DNA from: Candidatus Eiseniibacteriota bacterium
GTDB taxonomy: Bacteria; Eisenbacteria; RBG-16-71-46
NCBI GenBank assembly: GCA_005893225.1
Contig: VBOT01000053.1
Location: forward strand, 3,462 to 67,461
Direction of reading: 5' to 3'
DNA length: 64,000 nt
Shown: positions 19,071-27,421 of the stretch, piece by piece
Position numbering within the stretch: position 1 is the first letter of the stretch
How the letters are laid out: every line of letters begins with the position of its first letter
Notes under the pieces: model-generated
The model's input: the letters and a program-made list of their open reading frames with translations, nothing else
Databases searched by the model: none
What the model was told of the DNA's origin: nothing
Position numbers and translations under genes: made by a program

Positions 19071-19202
19071 CTGACGAGTGCTCCTTCCTTGGAACGGGAA
19101 ACGTCCTTGAACAACGCTTCCTTACCATGGCTGGAGCACTTTTTCTATGCTTCGTTCACGCTGCGGACCGATCCGATCCCGGTCTTACCCGTGGATCTGG
19201 GC

Positions 19203-19236
19203 TAAATCTGAGCGACTGCCGCTCAGATTTCAAGGT
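19203..19236 (-). terminator. perfect 11-bp hairpin (AAATCTGAGCG actgc CGCTCAGATTT) ~90 nt downstream of the OmpA-family gene
   Basis: Inverted repeat seen directly. Weak U-tract (GATTTAG) on the minus strand. Confidence 0.35.
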
Positions 19237-19327
19237 CGCGGCTCGCCGGGGAATTCCCCTCTTTGGAGAGGCTGCCCCGAGGCAGGCGAGAGCGGCGCCG
19301 GCGGCCGGGGCCAGCGCCGCCATGCCG

Positions 19328-20122
19328 CTACTTCTTGTTCTCCTTCTCCACTTTGACGCCCTTCGGCAGCGCCTCCGGATTCAGCACCTTGAGCACCACG
19401 CGCCGGTTCCGCAGCATCTCTTCCTCGTTCCGCTCCTCGGTCTCGGGGCGCATCTCGCCGTAGCCGCGCGCGATGTAGTTCTCGGGCTTGAGCTTGAAGT
19501 ACTGGAGCAGGAACGATCGCACCGCCTCGGCGCGCGTCTCGCTCAGCCGCTTGTTGTAGCGCGCCCAGCCGCGAGTGTCGGTGTGTCCCTGGACCTCGAT
19601 CCTGAGCTCGGGGTAGCGCTCCAGCGTCTCTCCGGCCTCGCGCAGCGCGGCCTCGGACTCGGGGAGCAGCCGCGAGCTCGCGGTCTCGAAGTAGATATTC
19701 TCGAGCCGGATGCTGCCGGTCTCGACGAGCTGCCGCTCCATCTCACTCCGCGGCCTGGCCGGCTCGGGGGCCGGTGGCGGCGCGGGCGTCGGCGGTGTCT
19801 GTGGTGTCGGGACGCGGTGGGCGCCGCCCGGGCAGCCGTGGCTGTCGACCACGGTGTGGGGCGGGGTGTCGGGGCACTGGTCGAGCCCGTCGCACACGCC
19901 GTCATGGTCGGAGTCGGTCTCGCAGCCGTACTGGTCCACCACGCAGCCCTTGGGCGTGTTCACGCAATGGTCGATGCGATCGAAGACACCGTCACCGTCC
20001 ATGTCGACCGCCGGGTAGCGGAAGCATGGGGCCTTCGGATCCACGTGCGGGCCGGTCAGCGCTCGAGCCTGGGCCGTCATCAGCGCCAGCGCCGCGAGGC
20101 CCGCCATCACGAGCCGTTTCAT
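19328..20122 (-). CDS. OmpA-family protein with thrombospondin type-3 repeats
   Basis: Signal peptide. TSP3 calcium-binding repeats DMDGDGVFDRIDHC and DSDHDGVCDGLDQCPDTP. C-terminal OmpA domain (RIEVQGHTDTRG...NRRVVLKV). Confidence 0.85.
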   Translation of the reverse strand: MKRLVMAGLAALALMTAQARALTGPHVDPKAPCFRYPAVDMDGDGVFDRIDHCVNTPKGCVVDQYGCETDSDHDGVCDGLDQCPDTPPHTVVDSHGCPGGAHRVPTPQTPPTPAPPPAPEPARPRSEMERQLVETGSIRLENIYFETASSRLLPESEAALREAGETLERYPELRIEVQGHTDTRGWARYNKRLSETRAEAVRSFLLQYFKLKPENYIARGYGEMRPETEERNEEEMLRNRRVVLKVLNPEALPKGVKVEKENKK

Positions 20123-20251
20123 CGGTCCTCCATGGGTCTGGGACCTGTCGAGGCCGCGAGCCGCGCGGCCCGCTTGCCTGGGGGTCGTAACCCTTCACCT
20201 TTACATATACATGAATGGGCAGGCCGGCGCACATGGTAGGCTCGTGGCACC

Positions 20252-20884
20252 ATGCGAATGCTCCTCTCCCTGGGCGCGGCCATCCTGATCGTCGCTGCCG
20301 CGCCCCCGGGCCGGCGCCCCCAGGCCGCCACGACTGGCCCCGACTCCGGGGCCGAGCTGATCGGGCGACCCGCGCCCCGGTGGACCTTCGACCGCTGGAT
20401 CGGGACCGAGCCCATGACCCTGGAGAAGCTCCGCGGCAAGGTGGTGCTCCTCCGCTGGTGGACCGAGGGCTGCCACTTCTGCAGCACCACGCTTCCGGTT
20501 GTCGATCGGCTGCGGAAAGCAGACCAAGCCTCGGGGTTGGTCGTGATCGGCGTCTTCCATCCCAAGCCGCCTCATCCGGTGAGCGACAAGCATATCCTCG
20601 CGGTGGCGAGGAGGATCGGCTTCTCGGGCCCGATCGCGGTGGATGGCACCTGGTCGACGCTCGATCGCTACTGGCTCGACGGCCACCCCGAGCGCGACTG
20701 GACCTCGGTCTCGTTCCTGATCGACCGGGAGGGAGTGATCCGCTGGGTGCACGGCGGAGGCGAGTATCATCCCAGCCGGGATCCGGCTCACGCGCGCTGC
20801 GATCTCGAGTATCGCGATCTCGAGAAGGCGCTGTCCGCCGCCCTGGCGGAGCAGGGCCAGGGAACCCGCCGAGGAGCGGGATGA
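20252..20884 (+). CDS. TlpA/ResA-like thiol-disulfide oxidoreductase (thioredoxin fold)
   Basis: Signal peptide. WTEGCHFC is a CxxC active site in redoxin context. Confidence 0.8.
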   Translation: MRMLLSLGAAILIVAAAPPGRRPQAATTGPDSGAELIGRPAPRWTFDRWIGTEPMTLEKLRGKVVLLRWWTEGCHFCSTTLPVVDRLRKADQASGLVVIGVFHPKPPHPVSDKHILAVARRIGFSGPIAVDGTWSTLDRYWLDGHPERDWTSVSFLIDREGVIRWVHGGGEYHPSRDPAHARCDLEYRDLEKALSAALAEQGQGTRRGAG

Positions 20885-20926
20885 CCTCGGCGAATTGAGA
20901 ATCCCCCGAGCGCTCTGATAGGCTCG

Positions 20927-23900
20927 GTGTCGCCTCGCGAAAGCGAGGCGTGTTCGTATAGAGCCGCGACCGTCGCGGGAGAATCCGCGACGGCTTTTGG
21001 CGTTTGGTGCGCGATCGAGGTCGATGCGATGGGCTCTCCTCCGCAGCGCGTGCTGGGCGCGGCCCCGCCCCGGGCCGCGCCGGACGTGTACCTCAGGGAC
21101 GAGATCGCCGAGTCGCTGGCGAAGCACGCCGAGCGCCTTCCCGAGGCGCGCGAGTTGCTCGCCGCGCTGGACGGCCGGGGCCCGGAAGCCGCGCGCCCTC
21201 CATCGCCCGGGGCCGCCACGTCCCGCCTCGCGGTGCGCGGGCTCACGGGCTCGGCGCGCGGCTTCCTCGCCTCGTGGCTCCAGCGCGCGACCGGGCGCAC
21301 CGTCCTCTATCTCGTGGCGCACGGCGAGGGCTTCGAGGAGGCGCGCGACGACGTCGAGTACTTCCGCGGCGCCGCCCAGACGCTGGCCTTCCCCGAGCCG
21401 GACAACCTCCCCTACGACCCCTCCTCGCCTCACACGGGCATCACCGCCCAGCGGCTCGAGACCCTGGCCCGGCTGGCCCGCGGCGAGCAGGGGGTGGTGC
21501 TCGGCACGGTGCGCGGTCTGATCCAGCGCGTCCCGCTGCCGGCCCGCCTGGGGAAGGTACTGCTGACGCTCTCGGTCGGGAGCGACTACGCTCCCCAGGA
21601 GCTGGTCCAGCGCCTCGCCTACATGGGCTACGAACGGTTGCCCGAGGTCGAGGCGGTGGGGCAGTTCGCGCGTCGCGGCGGGATCCTCGACGTCTATCCG
21701 GTCGGGCTCGCCGACCCGATCCGGCTCGAGTTCGATGGGGACACGCTGATCTCGCTCCGGCGCTTCGACGCCGGATCGCAGCGCTCGCTGGAGCAGCTCC
21801 CCCACGCCCAGATCACGCCGCGCTACGAGGTGGTGGTCGGGCCGGAGGAGGTGGAGGCGGTGACGGAACGGCTCGAGCGGGCCGCCGCGATCGGGGCCGT
21901 CGAGGGCGCAGCGCCCGACGACGATGACGGGCCCACTGGGACCCGCCGGTCGCCGGCGGGGGACGGCAGTGTGGGAACCCTCTTCCACGACGGGATGGAG
22001 CGGTTCGCGGCCCACTACGATCCCGATCTCGGCTCCCTGGCCGACTACCTTCCCGAGGACATGATCGTGGTGCGCGACGATCCCGGCAAGCTCCGCCAGC
22101 GCGCCGAGGACCTGGAGCGCACGATCGAGCGCGGCTTCCACGAGTGGCGGGCGCACTACCCTTCGATCTCGCGGCCCGAGGAGCTCTTCCTGCCTGCCGG
22201 AACACTCGACGAGATCGCCGCCCGCTACCCGGGAGTCGACTGGATGGGCCCGGTCGGGGAGACCTGGGAGCGCGGCGCCTACGCCGGCGATCTGCTGGTC
22301 GACTGCGTGCCGCCCGAGCCGGTGCAGCGCTCGATCGAGCGCCTGAAGGCCCACCTCGCCGAGCTCGGCGCCAACCGCATCCGCCCGGTGATCCTGTGCG
22401 ACAACCCGGGGCAGCGCGACCGGCTCTTGGAGATGCTGGGGGACACCGGCGCCACGCTCGGAGTGGGCCTGGTCTCGGAGGGTTTCACGCTCAAGGGGGC
22501 AGGGCTCGCGGTCCTCACCGACCACGAGATCTTCGCCCGCTACCGGCGCCGCCGCCGCCGGCTCAAGCGCACCGGTGGCCTCTCGCTCATGGAGCTCTCG
22601 GCGCTCAAGCTCGGCGACTACGTGGTGCACGAGGACCACGGCATCGGGGTCTATCGCGGGATGAAGCGCCTCACCTTGAACGGGCAGGAGACCGATTGCG
22701 TCGAGATCTCCTACGCCGAGAGCGACCGGCTCTTCGTTCCGGTGCAGCAACTCGCCCTGGTGTCGCGCTACTCCGCCGGCGAGGGCGCCCGTCCGAGCGT
22801 CCATCGGCTCGGCTCGGGGAGCTGGCAGAAGACCAAGGCGCGCGCCAAGAAGGCGATCCAGGACATGGCCGAGAGCCTGGTGAAGGCTTATGCCGCGCGC
22901 AAGGCCCTGCCGGGTCACGCCTTCAAGCCCGACACGGTGTGGCAGCGCGAGCTCGAGGCGTCGTTCCCCTACGAGGAGACTCCCGACCAGATGCGCGCCA
23001 TCGAGGAAGTGAAGGAGGACCTCGAGTCGACGCTGCCGATGGACCGTCTGATCTGCGGAGACGTGGGATACGGCAAGACCGAGGTGGCGATCCGCGCCGC
23101 CTTCAAGGTGGTGCAGGAGGGCATGCAGGTGGCCGTCCTGGTCCCCACCACCATCCTCGCGCAGCAGCACCTGCTGACCTTCCGCGAGCGCCTCGCCGAC
23201 TACCCGGTGCGGGTCGAGGTGCTCTCGCGGTTCCGCACCGCGCGCGACCAGAAGGCAGTGCTGAAGAGTCTCGAGAAGGGCGAGGTCGACATTGTCGTCG
23301 GCACCCACCGGCTGCTCTCCAAGGACGTGCGCTTCCGGAAGCTCGGGCTGGTGGTGATCGACGAGGAGCACCGCTTCGGCGTGGCGCAGAAGGAGAAGAT
23401 CCGCCAGATGACGCGGCTGGTGGACGTGCTGGCCATGACCGCCACGCCGATCCCGCGCACCCTGAACCTGAGCCTCGCCGGGGCGCGCGACATGTCGGTG
23501 ATCGAGACGCCCCCGCGCGACCGGCTGCCGGTCCACACCGAGACGCTCGAGTACGACGAGGAGGTGATCGCTGACGCGATCCTGCGCGAGGTGGACCGCG
23601 GCGGGCAGGTGTTCTTCGTCCACAACCGGGTGGAGACCATCCACAACGTGGCGCTCCGCGTCCAGAAGCTGGTGCCGCAGGTGCGGGTGGCGGTCGGCCA
23701 CGGGCAGATGGCGGAGCGCCAGCTCGAGCATGTGATGCTCGACTTCCTGGAGAAGAAGACCGACGTGCTGGTCTCGACCATGATCATCGAGTCCGGGCTC
23801 GACATCCCGAGCGTCAACACCCTGGTGGTGGACCGCGCCGACACGCTGGGGCTGGCCCAGCTCTACCAGCTCCGCGGCCGCGTGGGCCGCTCGTCCCATC

Positions 23901-24640
23901 GCGCCTACGCCTACCTGCTCGTGCCCTCGCGCCGCGTGCTCACCGAGGACGCCGAGAAGCGGCTGCGGGTGATCGAGGAGTTCGACGATCTCGGCGTGGG
24001 CTTCAAGATCGCGCTCAAAGACCTGGAGATCCGGGGTGCGGGGAACCTGCTCGGGCCCGAGCAGAGCGGCTTCATCACGGGGCTCGGCTTCGACCTCTAC
24101 GTCAAGCTGCTCGAGGAGGCGGTCACGGAGCTCAAGGGCGAGGCCGCGGAGGTCGGGCCCGAGCCGCGCCTCCTGACCGACTGGAGCGCCTACCTACCCG
24201 ACGATTACGTCCCCGACGAGCACGAGAAGCTCAACCTCTACCGGCGGCTGGCCGAGACGCGCTCGCTGGACGAGCTGGACGACCTGACCCTGGAGATGCT
24301 CGACCGGTTCGGCCAGCTGCCCCCGCCCGCGGTGGCGCTGTTCGAGCTGCGGAGGCTCAGGCTCCTCGGGCGCGGCGGGCCGCTGCGCGGCGGAGAAACA
24401 CCGCGAGGCCGCGGCCTGGTCGAGAGCCTGCGCGTGTTCCAGGAGGTGGCCGAGCTCACCCTGCGCCGCCCGCTCAAGCCCGACGAGATCCGGGTGGTCG
24501 TGGGCTCCCTCAACTTCCAGGTCGAGTTCGCCTCCGGTCGGGAGTTCGGGATGAGGGTGCGGGGGCAGTGGATCGCGCTGCTCAACCGGACGCGGGAGAT
24601 GCTGGAGGTGATGGGGGCCACGGTGGGCGGCGGGGATTGA
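20927..24640 (+). CDS. mfd: transcription-repair coupling factor
   Basis: Helicase motifs GDVGYGKTEVA, DEEHRFGV, TATPIPRTL, and the C-terminal TRCF domain. GTG 20927; alternative ATG at 21029. Confidence 0.9.
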   Translation: MSPRESEACSYRAATVAGESATAFGVWCAIEVDAMGSPPQRVLGAAPPRAAPDVYLRDEIAESLAKHAERLPEARELLAALDGRGPEAARPPSPGAATSRLAVRGLTGSARGFLASWLQRATGRTVLYLVAHGEGFEEARDDVEYFRGAAQTLAFPEPDNLPYDPSSPHTGITAQRLETLARLARGEQGVVLGTVRGLIQRVPLPARLGKVLLTLSVGSDYAPQELVQRLAYMGYERLPEVEAVGQFARRGGILDVYPVGLADPIRLEFDGDTLISLRRFDAGSQRSLEQLPHAQITPRYEVVVGPEEVEAVTERLERAAAIGAVEGAAPDDDDGPTGTRRSPAGDGSVGTLFHDGMERFAAHYDPDLGSLADYLPEDMIVVRDDPGKLRQRAEDLERTIERGFHEWRAHYPSISRPEELFLPAGTLDEIAARYPGVDWMGPVGETWERGAYAGDLLVDCVPPEPVQRSIERLKAHLAELGANRIRPVILCDNPGQRDRLLEMLGDTGATLGVGLVSEGFTLKGAGLAVLTDHEIFARYRRRRRRLKRTGGLSLMELSALKLGDYVVHEDHGIGVYRGMKRLTLNGQETDCVEISYAESDRLFVPVQQLALVSRYSAGEGARPSVHRLGSGSWQKTKARAKKAIQDMAESLVKAYAARKALPGHAFKPDTVWQRELEASFPYEETPDQMRAIEEVKEDLESTLPMDRLICGDVGYGKTEVAIRAAFKVVQEGMQVAVLVPTTILAQQHLLTFRERLADYPVRVEVLSRFRTARDQKAVLKSLEKGEVDIVVGTHRLLSKDVRFRKLGLVVIDEEHRFGVAQKEKIRQMTRLVDVLAMTATPIPRTLNLSLAGARDMSVIETPPRDRLPVHTETLEYDEEVIADAILREVDRGGQVFFVHNRVETIHNVALRVQKLVPQVRVAVGHGQMAERQLEHVMLDFLEKKTDVLVSTMIIESGLDIPSVNTLVVDRADTLGLAQLYQLRGRVGRSSHRAYAYLLVPSRRVLTEDAEKRLRVIEEFDDLGVGFKIALKDLEIRGAGNLLGPEQSGFITGLGFDLYVKLLEEAVTELKGEAAEVGPEPRLLTDWSAYLPDDYVPDEHEKLNLYRRLAETRSLDELDDLTLEMLDRFGQLPPPAVALFELRRLRLLGRGGPLRGGETPRGRGLVESLRVFQEVAELTLRRPLKPDEIRVVVGSLNFQVEFASGREFGMRVRGQWIALLNRTREMLEVMGATVGGGD

Positions 24641-24752
24641 GGGGCACGCTCCCCTCTCGCCACGCGCTCGTTGCCGGGCCCCAGTCTCCCGGGCTCTTGC
24701 GCCCCCACCGGACCTCCTCTACGGTGGTCGGCCGACCTCGACCTGGAGGACC

Positions 24753-26456
24753 ATGACCGCTCTCGATCGGCGCCTCGCCCTTCTCTCGGCGCTCGCCCTC
24801 GCGCTCGCCGGCTGCTCGCAAGGCTCGCCGGTGCTGGCGAGGATCGGCAGCCGCACCATCACCGTGGCCGAGTTCACCGACGTCGCGCGCGGCGCCGGGG
24901 GGCGCTATCCGGGTTCGCCCGACAGCGCCAAGGCCATGCTGCTCGAGGACCTCATCCGCCGCTCCCAGATGCTCGAGCGCGCCTGGCGGAGCGGACTCCT
25001 CGTGGACAGCCTGGTGCGCCGCTATCGACGGAACGTCGAGGGCGAGGTCCTCGCGGCCGCGCTGGTCGAGCGCGAGGTGCCGCGCGACGTCCCCGTGACC
25101 GACGCCGAGGTGGCACAGTTCTACGAATGGCGCAAGACGTCGGCCCACGTCCAGGCGATCTACGCCTCGGATCGAGGGATGGCCGAACAGGCGATGCGCG
25201 ACCTCGAGCGCGGCGAGGACTTCGCCGCCGTGGCCGACCACTACAACCAGCAGGGAATGATCCCGCGCGGAGGGGACCTGGGCTTCCTCACGCCGGGAAC
25301 GCTCGTCAATCCCCTCGACGGCTACGTGCGCGACGCCCCGCTCGGTCGGCCCGTGGGCCCGATCGAGGTGCACGGCCAGGGCTGGTTCATCCTCAGGGTG
25401 ATGGAGCGCAGGCGCGAGGCCCAGGAGCCGCTGGCGCTCCAGCAGGCCAACCTCCGGGCCATGTTGCAGCAGCGCAAGCAGCGGGCGCTGGCGATGCGCG
25501 TCTTCGAGAACCTGCGCGAAGCCTACCGCCTCGAGGTCGACCCCGAAGGTCCGAGGACGCTGTTCGCGCGCTTCAACACCCCGCCGCTGATCGAGGGCAT
25601 GGGAGGGGAGTCCGCGCCCCCGCCGCCGAGCCCGGGAGAGCGCGCGCGGGTGCTGGCGCGTTACGACGGCGGCGAGGGGTACCGCGGCGTCTACACCCTA
25701 GGGGACGCCGTCGACGAGCTCGACCAGGGCGCCGACCCCCCGCCGGCAAAGATGCTGCCCGCGTTCCAGATCTGGATCGAGTCGCGGGTGCTGCAGCGCC
25801 TGCTCGTGCTCGAGGCGCGGCGCCGGCACCTCCACCAGGAGCCCGCGATCGCCCGGCGCATCGAGAATCGCGTCGACGACTACGTGCTCGATTCCATCTA
25901 TCAGGCCGAGGTGCTCACCCGCGCCGAGACCACCGACGACGAGGTTCGAGCCGCCTACGAGCGGCAGTCACCCTCGCTGGCCGAGCTCGGCGGGGCCCAC
26001 GTGATGCACCTCACCGTTCCCGACTCGGCGCTGGCCGAGATGGTGATCCAGCATGCGCGGGCCGCGCCCACGCTGCGGGACGCCATCCTTCATTCCTCCC
26101 CGGGCATCCAGGTGCACGAGGAGGACGTGCGCTATCCGACCACGGATTCGCTGTGGAGCGGGCTCAGGCCGGCGCTGGCCGCGACCGAGCCCGGCGCCTA
26201 CGTCGGGCCGCTGCCGGCCGGCAAGGGCTGGATCGTCATCCAGGTGATCTCCAAGCAACAGGAGATCCCGCCGTTCGAGAAGCTCACTCCCGTGCTCCAG
26301 CACAACCTGCGGGCCGAGGCGGCGCAGCTCGCCCAGGAGCGGCTGCTCGGCCGGCTCCTCGACTCGCTCAGGCGCGCGCTTCCGCCGTGGGTGGATCGCG
26401 CGCAGCTCAAGCGGATCCCCTGGCCGGTCGGGGCCGAGGGCGCCCCAGGGGCCTAG
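24753..26456 (+). CDS. parvulin-type peptidyl-prolyl isomerase lipoprotein (SurA/PpiC-like)
   Basis: Lipobox LALAGC. Parvulin domain HVQAIYAS...GGDLGFLTPGTLV...GWFILRV. Confidence 0.75.
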   Translation: MTALDRRLALLSALALALAGCSQGSPVLARIGSRTITVAEFTDVARGAGGRYPGSPDSAKAMLLEDLIRRSQMLERAWRSGLLVDSLVRRYRRNVEGEVLAAALVEREVPRDVPVTDAEVAQFYEWRKTSAHVQAIYASDRGMAEQAMRDLERGEDFAAVADHYNQQGMIPRGGDLGFLTPGTLVNPLDGYVRDAPLGRPVGPIEVHGQGWFILRVMERRREAQEPLALQQANLRAMLQQRKQRALAMRVFENLREAYRLEVDPEGPRTLFARFNTPPLIEGMGGESAPPPPSPGERARVLARYDGGEGYRGVYTLGDAVDELDQGADPPPAKMLPAFQIWIESRVLQRLLVLEARRRHLHQEPAIARRIENRVDDYVLDSIYQAEVLTRAETTDDEVRAAYERQSPSLAELGGAHVMHLTVPDSALAEMVIQHARAAPTLRDAILHSSPGIQVHEEDVRYPTTDSLWSGLRPALAATEPGAYVGPLPAGKGWIVIQVISKQQEIPPFEKLTPVLQHNLRAEAAQLAQERLLGRLLDSLRRALPPWVDRAQLKRIPWPVGAEGAPGA

Positions 26457-26465
26457 GGACGGTCC

Positions 26466-26587
26466 GGCCCGAGGGCCGTAGAGAGACTCTCGCAGCGCGC
26501 GGAGGCAGGAGCCGGAGCGCGCGTCGCGAGTCAGCGAGCCGGAGACAGGATGGCGGAGGCCGCGGGTCTCTCGGAGGCCCTCGGGCC
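26466..26587. repeat. copy A of a conserved ~121-nt structured intergenic element (candidate ncRNA / 3'UTR element)
   Basis: About 75% identical to 56707..56827. Terminal 12-bp stem GGCCCGAGGGCC/GGCCCTCGGGCC. Internal hairpin CTCGCAGCGCGCG...CGCGCGTCGCGAG around the conserved loop AGGCAGGAGCCGGAG. Lies between convergent genes. Confidence 0.7.
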
Positions 26588-26602
26588 AGACCGTCCCTCG
26601 AT

Positions 26603-27421
26603 TCACCTCAGGCGCCGGCGCACCTCGGCGGCGCGCCGCTCGCTCGCCTCGACCCGGGTGCCGTCCTTGAGCTTCAGGACCAGCACTCCGTCCTCGCCGC
26701 CGTACGACTCGACGGCATCGAGATTGACGAGCGCCGCGCGGTGGACGCGCACGAACCGGCCCGGCGGCAGGCGGCGCTCCAGCTCCTGGAGCGTGTAGTC
26801 GACCAGGTACTCGCGCCCCTCCGAGCGGGCCAGCACCAGCCGGTCGCGCGAGAACACCAGCGGCACCTGGTCGAGCTCGAGCAGCCTCACCTCGCGGCGG
26901 TGGCGCACCGGCAAGCGCCTGAGCTCGGGCATGCGCTCGCGGAGGCCCGGCGAGGCCAGCGCCTTCTCGAGCGCCCTCGCGTGCGCCGTGCGGTCGGGGT
27001 CGCTGGCCTCGGCGGCCACCCGCCGCACCGTCTCGGCCAGGCGCTCGCGGCGGATCGGCTTGAGCACGTAGTCGAGCGCCGCCACCTCGAAGGCCTCCAC
27101 GGCGTAACGGTCGTAGGCCGTCACGAACACCACCAGAGGGGCCCCGGGCCCCTCGAGGTGCCGGGCCACCTCGAGGCCGGAGAGGTCGGGCATGTGGATG
27201 TCGAGGAACGCCACGTCGGGGGCGTGCTCCGCGATCATGGCCAGGGCCTCGGCGCCGCTCTTCGCCGCCGCCACCACCTCGACCGAATCGTGCTCGGAGA
27301 GCAGCTTCTCGAGGAACTGGCGCGCGCGCGGCTCGTCGTCGGCGATCAGCACGCGCACCGGGCGGCCTCCCGGCGGCCCGGGCCCCGCCGCGCTCATGCC
27401 GCGGCCTTCGAGCGCGAGCAC
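26603..27421 (-). CDS. LytTR-family two-component response regulator
   Basis: Receiver domain VRVLIADDEP...DVAFLDIHMPDLSG. C-terminal LytTR DNA-binding domain. Confidence 0.85.
   Translation of the reverse strand: MLALEGRGMSAAGPGPPGGRPVRVLIADDEPRARQFLEKLLSEHDSVEVVAAAKSGAEALAMIAEHAPDVAFLDIHMPDLSGLEVARHLEGPGAPLVVFVTAYDRYAVEAFEVAALDYVLKPIRRERLAETVRRVAAEASDPDRTAHARALEKALASPGLRERMPELRRLPVRHRREVRLLELDQVPLVFSRDRLVLARSEGREYLVDYTLQELERRLPPGRFVRVHRAALVNLDAVESYGGEDGVLVLKLKDGTRVEASERRAAEVRRRLR

Larger units (their letters stand above)
17590..19200 (-). mobile_element. IS1380-family-like insertion sequence with frameshifted transposase (boundaries approximate)
   Basis: Two overlapping minus-strand ORFs together resemble an IS1380/IS4-type DDE transposase (VRGYHPFLAF...RLRMDAGFYA). 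The flanks are lower-GC. Inverted repeats were not resolved by eye. Confidence 0.5.

Noticed and set aside
17580-19200. Terminal inverted repeats of the IS
   Set aside because: Candidate matches near 17610-17640 and 19150-19180 were too weak to assert by eye. The boundaries are left approximate.
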